A stretch of 64,000 bases of DNA from Podarcis liolepis (taxonomy: Eukaryota). A model generated the notes under the pieces. The model had not been told where the DNA came from, made no database searches, and saw nothing but the letters and a program-made list of their open reading frames with translations. Of the stretch, positions 52,366 to 61,860 are shown one piece after another (positions within the stretch are counted from its first letter, which is position 1; every line of letters starts with the position of its first letter). The translations under genes were made by a program, and so were the position numbers. The stretch lies in assembly GCA_965112155.1 (NCBI GenBank), contig OZ218106.1; one strand, 5' to 3'.

Positions 52366-54324
52366 TAGTATAATCCAAATTTACGGACAGTTGGTGTCTC
52401 AGTTGGCAATTTGCTATGGAACAGATACCATTGCGCAATGCCATTGCATGAGAATGGTAGCCTGGACATCTTTAGTGAGGTTGTCATGAGTTGGTGGCGA
52501 AGACATGCGTTTGTTGTGTCAACACTGTGCATGGTACAACTCAAATTTAATATGACACCAGTGACCTGGTTGTTGGGTGCTGCAGTATCATCTCGCTACC
52601 CATGTGTTTTAGCCCTGGAATGCACTCCATTATGGGCACTGGGTCCTGTTCCTTCTCTGCAGTGGACTTCAGGATTAGACACCTGGGAATTGATTACCAA
52701 AATAAAAAGCAGCATCAGAAAGTGTGATGTAACTTCAGAGAAATCAGAAGAGTTCAGAGAAAGCTGCTAAGCCCACAACCAGAAACAGGACTAAAATGTA
52801 TGGGGAAAGCAAAAGTGGGGAAAAGTTTGAGAGGGAAGTTCTTATTTTTTTGTTGTTGCTCTGCTTCTTTCAGAAATTTCAACTGGAGGAGAAGGATCTC
52901 TGCCATTGAGTTGGCACTGTTTCCAAATTCCATAATAGTTCACCCCTGCTGATCGTGGCTCATCACACCTTTCCTCACCCCTGAAAGAACCAAAGCGAAC
53001 ATTATTTCCACTTATGAAACATAGAAAATAACTAAACTTAAAGCAAAACTCTTGGAGAAGATTTTTCAAGTCATTTCATGCATAGCCACTGACGGTCTCC
53101 TGCCAAGAAAGACAAATGGGCAAAATGACCCATGGGGCATCTTCACCTCCTAATTTCTATGGTTCAGCTACTGTCCTCTCAACCGAATCCCATCTTTATT
53201 TGCTGCTATTAATTATTCAGCTGCATACGCTGAATATTAATATTTAGGGGGAAATTAATAATATTTCGCCGCCTACAGAGATCTCCAAGTTATCAACAGG
53301 GATTAAGAATCTGGAGTCAAAAATAAAAGGCAGTATCACAAAACAGTGTTTCCACAATAATGTTGTGAACTTTAATAGAAATCAACTTTGTTGTAAACAA
53401 ATATCTATCTCTGGCTGGATAGAATTGACTGGTACTAGTGTACAGGAAAATGATGCTAATCTCTGTGGCATGTTGGGTTTCCAGTTCTATGCTCTAAAGC
53501 AAAGGGAAGGGACTTTTTTGGGACAGAGAACTGCATCCCCACCTGGTCAAATGTGTGTGCATGTGTGTTTGGTTGTGTGTGTCAAATGCCAGAGACAGGC
53601 AGGGCCAGAGGCTTGATTTTTTCCCCCTTGGGAATTTTCCAATTTCATAAGCTCATAATTAACAATGTATGAATGGGCACTGCAAATACAGCATTAGTGC
53701 AGTTTCAAGCTTTGTTGACTAAACATGGGTAAAATAAACATGCTAAATTAGATCACTCTTCTACAGAATCAATCCCGCCCCCCCCCCATGCAAACTGAAA
53801 ATGTGCTGATACACATCACCACATGCAAAACAGCCCAATTTGCGTAGGAATTGTTTATTTGTTTATCTTTCAAAACTTTTCCAACTCACATTTTTCTCTC
53901 TCTGCAAAACTCACATCTCTGCTTGGCTTCTTGAATCTCTGGAACTCTGCAATACTATGAACTGTTTGTTCTGCAAGCAGAAGTAGCACCACAGTACGAA
54001 ACCTATGGAAGGTTAACAATGCACACTTCTACCCAATGCCGGATTTACATGTAAGGTAAACAAGCTATAGCTTAGGGCCCCACTCTCTTGGGGGCCCCCA
54101 AAAAAATTAAAGAAAAAAACCTAGATGTGTATTTCCAAAATATAAGACAAAAAACAAATAAAATAAAACCTACATACAGCAACAGTCTTTTGTGTTGTGT
54201 AGGGTCCTATGATGCAAGTACTGGGCCCTGGTGACCAGCCTGCTCCCTAAAATATCACTGGTTTGCTCATTTTTATATATAGGGTGCCTACATTCTTCAT
54301 GGACTGGTTGCATGGTAACATGTG

Positions 54325-54735
54325 TGTAGTGGTTGGGAGTTACTCGTGCGTAATCCTGCTCCGTTTGAGCATTGGATTGCCTGGTTAAACCCTCCGGACT
54401 GCGCAGCCCATCTTAGCGTGGCTGCTCTTAGTCACTCGTAGCATCTGTCTGTGGGCGTTTCTTAAAGCGTTGCCAACATAAGAGTTGTTTGACGCCCAAT
54501 CGTTTCCGCCTCTCACTGCGCGGGAGTCTCCTGCGCAGGGTGGGCGTGGGCAGTGGGGTGCTTGGGTCCTGGAGCCCCCTGCACCTCCCTGTCCCGTTGC
54601 TCTCCCTGATCCCTGGTGTTACACTCATTCTCTTCCCCTTCTTCCCGGCTGAGTCTCCCTCTAGCGCTTAGACCTTCCCCTGCAGAATCAGAGACCCTCT
54701 CCTTCTCCCGTGCCTCTGATGGCAGTTCCCTGACA
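54325..54735 (-). repeat. 3' LTR (411 bp)
   Basis: Differs from the 5' LTR by 5 substitutions, a 27-nt deletion and a 1-nt insertion (manual count). Confidence 0.95.
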
Positions 54736-57284
54736 TCCACCTCCCTCCCAGGGCCCCCTTCACTCCCCCTCCGACCCCGGGGCTCTATTGCAGCCTCTTC
54801 TCTGGTCGGCGAGCCAAGGAAACCCCTGAAAGAGCTGTCCTCCTCATCTGTGGGGGTGAACACCTCTTCCCACCTGCCAAGGTTCCCACCCAAGGAATGA
54901 CTCTCCCAATCCAATTCTTCTTCGGATTCTGAAAACCCTTCGAAACTCTCTTCCTCCTCTGTGGTGCCGAACTGTTCTTCCCAGAATCGTTCTAAGGGCT
55001 TGGGTTTATCTGGGAACCATTGGTGGAACACTTCCACCATATGCTCGTCGCCAACTGCTGGCACCCACGTGTTTTCCGACCAGGGCTCTCCTTCCCACGC
55101 CACCAAGTACTGCACCTGCCGCCCTCGCCACCTTGAGTCCACTATCTCTGCGGCCGAGCTCTGGTGTTCCCTCTCTTCTACCTGTGGTTGTGGCAAGACT
55201 TCTACCTCCCGCCCTTCGAATTCCCGCCCCTCTCTGTGTGGTGAGAGCAAGGACCTGTGGAACACGGGATGTATTTTCATGTTGTTGGGCAACCTGAGCT
55301 TGAACGCCACTGGGTTTATCTGTTGTATGACTTCAAACGGGCCCAGTCTTCTGGGCTGCAACTTCCTGCACCCTCCCTTAAAGGGTAACCCTTGAGTGGA
55401 CAACCACACGCGATCCCCCACCCTAATGGTTTCCCCTTCCCTCCGGTGTTTATCTGCTTGCTTCTTGTAACTGGCTTTGGCCCTTTCTAGGTTCGTCTTG
55501 AGCTGCTGATGTAACGCTTCCATTTGTTCCACAAACTGTTCAGCTGCAGGCACACTCCAGCTCTGTTCCTCATTACCCGGGAATGCCCTGGGATGACACC
55601 CATAATTGGCCAAGAAGGGGCTCATACCGGTGGACACATGTTCAGCATTATTGTACGCAAATTCTGCTAGCGCTAGTTTCTCTACCCAATCATTCTGCCT
55701 TTCGCTAACGTAGCAGCGTAAGTATTGCTGGAGTACACTGTTTGCCCTTTCCGCCTGCCCATTGGTTTCTGGGTGTCTCACTGTCGAGAAGCTGACCTCG
55801 ACTTGCAGTAGGCTCATGAGCTTCCTCCAGAACCGGGAAGTAAATTGCTTTCCGCGGTCAGATAAAACCCTCAAGGGGGCGCCATGCAGCTTGAAAATGT
55901 GTTCTACAAACAACCTTGCCATTTTTTCTGCCGTCACTGCATGGGAACAGGCGATAAAATGGCACATTTTGGTTAGCAAGTCGACTACTACCATCACTGC
56001 TGTTTTACCCCTCGATTTGGGCAAATCCGTCATGAAATCAATTGACACCACCTCCCAGGGTTTGTTTGGCGTGGGTAGGGGTTCCAGCAAACCTGCTGGC
56101 ATCGTGTGTTCCCCTTTGGCCCTCTGGCAGCGGTCACACCCTCTTACATATTCACGTACATCTTCCCTCACCCGTGGCCACCAAAATTGTCGGGTCACCA
56201 GCATCATGGTTTTGTGTTGCCCAAAGTGCCCCGCTGTGGGGGTGTCATGTATCTGTTTAAGTACCCTTCTTCTTAGAGCCTCCCCCGGTACGTACATCGC
56301 CCCCCTGTAGTACAACAGCCCGTCCTTCTCTTCAAACCCCTCTGGTGCTCCCCTCAGATCTAGCTTGGTGAAGATCTTTCCCTTCCTCACTCTCGTCAGA
56401 ATGTCATCAATTCTGGGCATCGGGAAAGCCACAGGTTCTGACACCAAATTTACCCCCCTAAAGTCCACGACCAGTCTCGGTTTATCAGTGTCCTTTTTGT
56501 CCACAAAAAATACTGGACTGCCCCCCACTGCCTTTGACTCTCTTATAAACCCTCTCTTTAGGTTCTTGTCGATAAACTCCCGTAGCTCCTTCATCTCTCT
56601 GTCTGACATGGCATACAGCTTACCCACCGGCAGCTGCGCCCCAGGGAGCAAATTGATCTGGCAATCGAACGGCCTGTGGGGTGGCAGTCTATCTGCCTCC
56701 TTTTCACTAAAAACCTCCTTCAGATCAGCATATTGCGGTGGCACCTCCCCTTTACCCTCCACTGCAGTGCTTGCCACTCTGGCTACGCTCATCCTTGGCG
56801 TTTCCCCTCCTAGGCAGTGCTGCAGTCAGTAGTCAGACCCAAAGCTGATGGTCCTCTGATGCCACGCCACCACCGGATCATGTTGCGCTAACCAGCTCAT
56901 CCCTAATATTATTGGTGGACCCGCTAATGAGGCAACATGGAAGGTGATTGTCTCTGAGTGCCTAGACACTCTCATTCTCATCGGTGGGGTCTGGTGGGTA
57001 ACTTCCCCCCCAATCAGCTCCCTCCCATCAATGGTGGTGACTTGCAGAGGTGCATCCAAAGGTAGCAGGTGAAGCTGATGCTCTAAGGCAAAGTCCCTGC
57101 TAAAAAAATTGCATGAGCTTCCTGAGTCCAGCATACCTTGAACCTTCACTGGGTGCCCCTTTGGGAGCTCAAGCACCACCTCAATGGCAATCGCTGCTCT
57201 TGGAGAATCTGGTTTGGGCACATTCATTGGTTGTTGGCTCGGCTGCTGTGCCCGCTGATTGGCAGCCAAGCGTTTCCGTTTCCC
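54513..57284 (-). pseudogene. Retrotransposon pol: protease, truncated RT, integrase, chromodomain
   Basis: MLDSGSS protease; premature TGA at 56826-56828 in frame with the 759-aa ORF; RT N-terminus to LDLRGA fused to integrase (H..H..CDRC zinc finger, SIDF/SDRG/QAE catalytic motifs, GPF motif) and chromodomain YLVAWEGEPWSENTW. Confidence 0.9.
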
Positions 57285-58249
57285 TGCTCCGGAGTCTGGG
57301 GTTCCTCCTCCTCGCCCCCCACGGCCCCCACCATTGCTTGCCAGGCCTTTCTTTGTGGGCAGACTCTGGCAAAATGTCCTGGCCTTTGCCAAAGGAAACA
57401 TTTCTTGGTCGTTTTTACATCCTTTCCCTCCTTTTTGCGACGCTCGCTGGCGTTTGAAACTTCCTGGGCGCGCGCACCGCCTATTTCCATTGGCTCCGCC
57501 GGCGGGGAAGGCTGCCTAGGTATTCTAGGAATGCGGTAGTCATGACAACGCTGCTCTCTCCCTTCCCGCCTCTCTTGAGCCCGCGCTTCCTGTCTTACTC
57601 CAATCGCAAGGGCTGCCTTGGTCAGCTGGTCCATAGACTGTGGGCGGGGTGCGCGCGAAAGTTCATCCTTGACCGCTGGTGAAAGCCCCTCTTCAAATAG
57701 CATCTGAATGGGTTCCGCGTCCAGCTGCCACCCCAGACGATGAACAATCATGGCAAAACGTGACCAATAGTCTCTAACTGACCCTTCTCCCTGCTTACAG
57801 CTTAGCAGTTCCCGTTTGGTCACACTCTGCTGCACATCGCTACTGAACATAGCGTCCATCGCCTGAAAGAATTTCGATAGATCCTCCATGGCGTCATTCT
57901 GCGTCGCCATAAGCGGCCGAATCCACTCTCTCGCCCCGTCCTCCAAGTGCCCCACAATATAAGCAACTTTGGCTGCGTCATTTTCAAAATCATTTTTCTG
58001 CAGCTTCAAGGCATATTCTATTTCTGTTCTAAACGCCCCATACTCTTGAGGCTTTCCCCCAAACTTGTGCACCAGTCCCGGTACCTTCCTCGCTATGGGG
58101 GTGGGTTTCCCCTGAGCATCCAACGACCGCCGTTCGTCCAGCCTTGCCGTCAGGATGGCTATGTGCTCTTCCAAATCGCGGTTTCCCTCCTCCAGTGATT
58201 GGCCTCCAGCCGCCCCTCCCGTGGCTCCAGCTCCTCCGGTCTTACTCAT
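57224..58249 (-). CDS. Retrotransposon Gag (341 aa)
   Basis: Capsid-like motifs (HKFGG, AKVAYIVGHLEDGAREW, KQGEGSVRDY) and a degenerate zinc knuckle CFLWQRPGHFARVC (second Cys -> Trp). Confidence 0.9.
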   Translation of the reverse strand: MSKTGGAGATGGAAGGQSLEEGNRDLEEHIAILTARLDERRSLDAQGKPTPIARKVPGLVHKFGGKPQEYGAFRTEIEYALKLQKNDFENDAAKVAYIVGHLEDGAREWIRPLMATQNDAMEDLSKFFQAMDAMFSSDVQQSVTKRELLSCKQGEGSVRDYWSRFAMIVHRLGWQLDAEPIQMLFEEGLSPAVKDELSRAPRPQSMDQLTKAALAIGVRQEARAQERREGREQRCHDYRIPRIPRQPSPPAEPMEIGGARAQEVSNASERRKKEGKDVKTTKKCFLWQRPGHFARVCPQRKAWQAMVGAVGGEEEEPQTPEQGNGNAWLPISGHSSRANNQ

Positions 58250-58303
58250 GATGCCCCCTTCTGCTTGTTGCGCACGAGCAACCTTCAGGGACAGACAGAT
58301 TGC

Positions 58304-58740
58304 TGTAGTGGTTGGGAGTTACTCGTGCGTAATCCTGCTCCGTTTGAGCATTGGGTTGCCTGGTTAAACCCTCCGGACTGTGCAGCCCATCTTAGCGTGG
58401 CTGCTCTTAGTCACTCGTAGCATCTGTCTGTGGGCGTTTCTTAAAGCGTTGCCAACATAAGAGTTGTTTGACGCCCAATTGTTTCCGCCTCTCACTGCGC
58501 GGGAGTCTCCTGCGCAGGGTGGGCGTGGGCAGTGGGGTGCTTGGGCTCTCCTCGCTAACTTCCAATGAAGAGTCCTGGAGCCCCTGCACCTCCCTGTCCC
58601 GTTGCTCTCCCTGATCCCTGGTGTTACACTCATTCTCTTCCCCTTCTTCCCGGCTGAGTCTCCCTCTAGCGCTTGGACCTTCCCCTGCTGAATCAGAGAC
58701 CCTCTCCTTCTCCCGTGCCTCTGATGGCAGTTCCCTGACA
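58304..58740 (-). repeat. 5' LTR (437 bp)
   Basis: Direct repeat of 54325-54735. Confidence 0.95.
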
Positions 58741-59235
58741 ATGTGCAAATGGCTTTAGATACCTATTGGGTCCATCAATGACCATACAGCATATATTCAA
58801 CACAAAACAGCAACAATTTGTTATTGACAAAGGACAGCTGGACATATAAATGGCCCCATTACCTTCAGTAGCTTAGGGCCTCATTAAACCTAAATCCGGC
58901 CCTGCTTCTACCTGTTAGATTTGACTGTTGCACTACGTTAAGGGCAGGGCTCTCCTTTGTGGAATGATTGCTCTGTTAGCAGCCTGGATCTCACCCATGG
59001 GTTCATTTATAAAGGTGAGAGTCTGCTGGACTTTAAATACACTATAACTACAAAGTACAGAAGCATTTCATTGTTCAATGAAGGCATTATTTTTGAGTAA
59101 CTATCATGGTGAAGTAGTGAAAAATATTCAGTTTAATAAAAACATGCAAGCAGCCACAAATGAAATGGAAGAGTGCATTGCCTAAAAGAAAATTTTTCCA
59201 AGGTTTACAAGTGCACAGTAAGAGGTTAGAAGGTA

Positions 59236-59820
59236 CCGTATTTTTTGCCCCATAGGACGCACTGCCCCATAGGACGCACCTAGTTTTTTTTTGGGGGGGG
59301 GAATAAAGAAAACAATTTTTATTTCCCCCCCAAGCATGGGGCTGGCGCGGGGGAAGCCCAAGCTTCCCCCGACCCCAGGCCCGAGAACAGCCTGCTATCC
59401 ACAAGCCTAGGGAGCCCGGCGGGAATTCGCCCCGGTCTCCCCAGGCTTGCGGAGAGCTGCGCGAAGCCCGGGCGTGCTCTTCAGCATGCCCCAGGCTTCA
59501 GAATGCAGGCAGCTCTGCGTAACTCTCGGGAGACTGGTGTGACTTCGTGCCGGGCTCCCTAGGGCTGCGCAGAGCTGCGCGAAGCCTGGGACTGCAGGCA
59601 GCTCTGCGCAACCCTCGGGAGACCGGTGCGAAGTCGCGCCGGTCTCCCAAGGGTTGCGCAGAGCTTCCTGAAGCCTGGAGAGCGAGAGGGGTCAGTGCGC
59701 ACCGACCCCTCTTGCTCTCCAGGCTTCAGCGAAAGCCTGCATTCACCCCATAGGACGCACACACATTTCCCCTTCATTTTTGGAGGGGGAAAAGTGCGTC
59801 CTATAGGGCGAAAAATACGG
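59236..59820. mobile_element. TcMar (Tc2-like) non-autonomous element with GC-rich internal repeats
   Basis: TIRs ccgtattttttgccccataggacgcac / gtgcgtcctatagggcgaaaaatacgg, TA flanks. Confidence 0.88.
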
Positions 59821-59840
59821 TAGCTAGCCTTGCCTGCTGC

Positions 59841-60266
59841 CAGTGGCGTAGCATGGGTTGTCAGCACCCGGGGCAAGGCAAGTAACTTGCGCCCCCTAAC
59901 CCAGGGCAAGGCAAGTAATTTGCGCCCCCTAACCCCTAACCTGCCGCCACTGCCAGCTTCTTCTTGCTGCTGCCTGGTCTGGTCTGGTGTGGTTCTCTCC
60001 CGCGCTCAGCGCTGCGCTGGGCGGCCGCTGCACTGTCCCTCCCCCAGATAGTCCCTCGCTCTCTCTCCGCACCGCACGCCTGGCATCCCCCCTCCACAGT
60101 GGGCGGCGACCCAGCGGCTCGGATCGGATTCGCACAGCCAGCACTGCAGTGAGAGAGAGTGAGTGAGCCAGGTAGGGGCAGAGAGCTGAGAGTGTGAGCG
60201 CGCCCCCCCCCCAGATGTTGCGCCCGGTGCGGCTGGCCCCCCCTGCACCCCCACGCTACACCACTG
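59841..60266. mobile_element. hAT-type non-autonomous element
   Basis: TIRs cagtggcgtagc / gctacaccactg; perfect 8-bp TSD CCTGCTGC at 59833-59840 and 60267-60274. Confidence 0.88.
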
Positions 60267-61678
60267 CCTGCTGCTGTCATAGTCCAGCAGAACAGAATGC
60301 TTATGACTTTAATCATTGTATAGAAATATTAATTTTGGCAGGGTAGCTTCTTGTAGCAATCAAGCTTTACGATGGGGGAAAGCGTCACTTGCCAATTTGT
60401 TTTAGCTTCATGAGAGATGTTGAAAAGGTGTGTTTGTAACGTCCCTGGTTCAAAGAAAGAAGCAAACCACCCCCAGCCCCCGGAAAAGAAACAAGCCGAA
60501 ACAAAGAGCAAAAAGATGGTTCAGTGTTTAGGTGAGTACACACATAGGTGTTCGTCACTCAACAACTGCCACAACTGGCAACGTGAATGTGAAACAGCGA
60601 CCGCAGATCACATATCACCGAGCTTTCATGGCACTCCAGACACAATGCTTTTCAGTGGAGCGGCTCATGTATTCAGTTGCAAGTCAACAACTGATGAGAT
60701 ATTGAGTGATAAGCATGAATTTTTGAATCAATATTCCAGGAGCACAGAAGAAGGAAAAGGGGAGTGAGTCATATCATTCAGGACCACCAGAAGAGTGAAT
60801 GAATCTTAGAAGGACTCTAGTACAGAATTGGTCAGAAAAGGGGTTCAGGTGTAACTGTTTCTGATTAGGAAGAGTGTGCTTGCACTTAGTCGTGTCCCCC
60901 CAGTGAAGACATACATTGGGTAGAACTTGCTTGCACCCCTTGTCACAGCCAGTCATGTTTTCGTTCCATTCTGAGAACCACTATCTTAAAGACACCAAGG
61001 AACTGTCAAGCTATAACACTGTTGATATTAAATAAATAAACACAAAACAAATGCATGCATTCTTATTCATGCTGTGGGATGTTTTGCCTTTAAAAAATCA
61101 TTTGTGAGGGTCATAGAAATTAGATTTAGACAGATGTTAATGATGAGTACACTCGAAGCATTTTGACAGGGTTTTTGTTTTTTGCACGGCAGTTATCTGT
61201 CCATTTGGCCTAGCTTTGGATATTATTCTGTTTGCTGACTGATTGTAATGCATGAGTTAAAATTACTTCATTTTCATTAAAAGTCCTAACTTAAATCTTA
61301 ATCTGAATTGCTTAACCACAAGCTGCATCGTAATGCAATAGCGGATAAGAGGTGACGTCAGCGAGCGACATGGAAACGAAATTGTTGGTTCTTTCTGTGC
61401 ATGACGTGACATTTCCTGTTTAGGGATGTTTTTAGTGTTTGAACTTTTATTCTGTTTTTAGTCCTCTGTTGGGAGCCGCCCAGAGTGGCTGGGGTATAAA
61501 TAAAACAACAACAACAACAAGATTAATCATTCATTTGATTAAGGTTACATCTGAACCTTTCCCCATCAATATTGGACAGTCTAAGCCCCGAGACAGGAAG
61601 CTGTTATTCATAGGGCAAAGCAGGAGATGGATCTTGACCAAAGTTACAGAGGATGTCCTTGGCCTTGCCAGGGATTTA

Positions 61679-61860
61679 CAGTGGTACCTCGGGTTACATA
61701 CGCTTCAGGTTACAGACTCCGCTAACCCAGAAATAGCACAGCGGTAGGGCAGCAGCAGCAGGAGGCCCCATTAGCTAAAGTGGTGCTTCAGGTTAAGAAC
61801 AGTTTCAGGTTAAGAACGGACCTCTGGAACGAATTAAGTACTTAACCCGAGGTACCACTG
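61679..61860. mobile_element. Tc1/mariner (Tigger-like) MITE, internally deleted
   Basis: Same TIRs as 9179-9420, TA flanks. Confidence 0.88.

Larger units (their letters stand above)
54325..58740 (-). mobile_element. Gypsy/Ty3 LTR retrotransposon, chromovirus (sushi-like), internally deleted
   Basis: TG...CA LTRs at 58304-58740 (5') and 54325-54735 (3'), 5-bp TSD ATGTG, PPT next to the 3' LTR, domain order gag-PR-RT(partial)-IN-chromodomain. Confidence 0.96.
54034..58904. mobile_element. hAT-type MITE (about 450 bp) split by the LTR retrotransposon
   Basis: TIRs caatgccggattta / taaatccggccctg; perfect 8-bp TSD CTTCTACC at 54026-54033 and 58905-58912. Confidence 0.85.

Noticed and set aside
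54616-58420. Plus-strand ORFs of 80-180 aa within the LTR element
   Set aside because: Antisense shadows of gag/pol with no independent signal.
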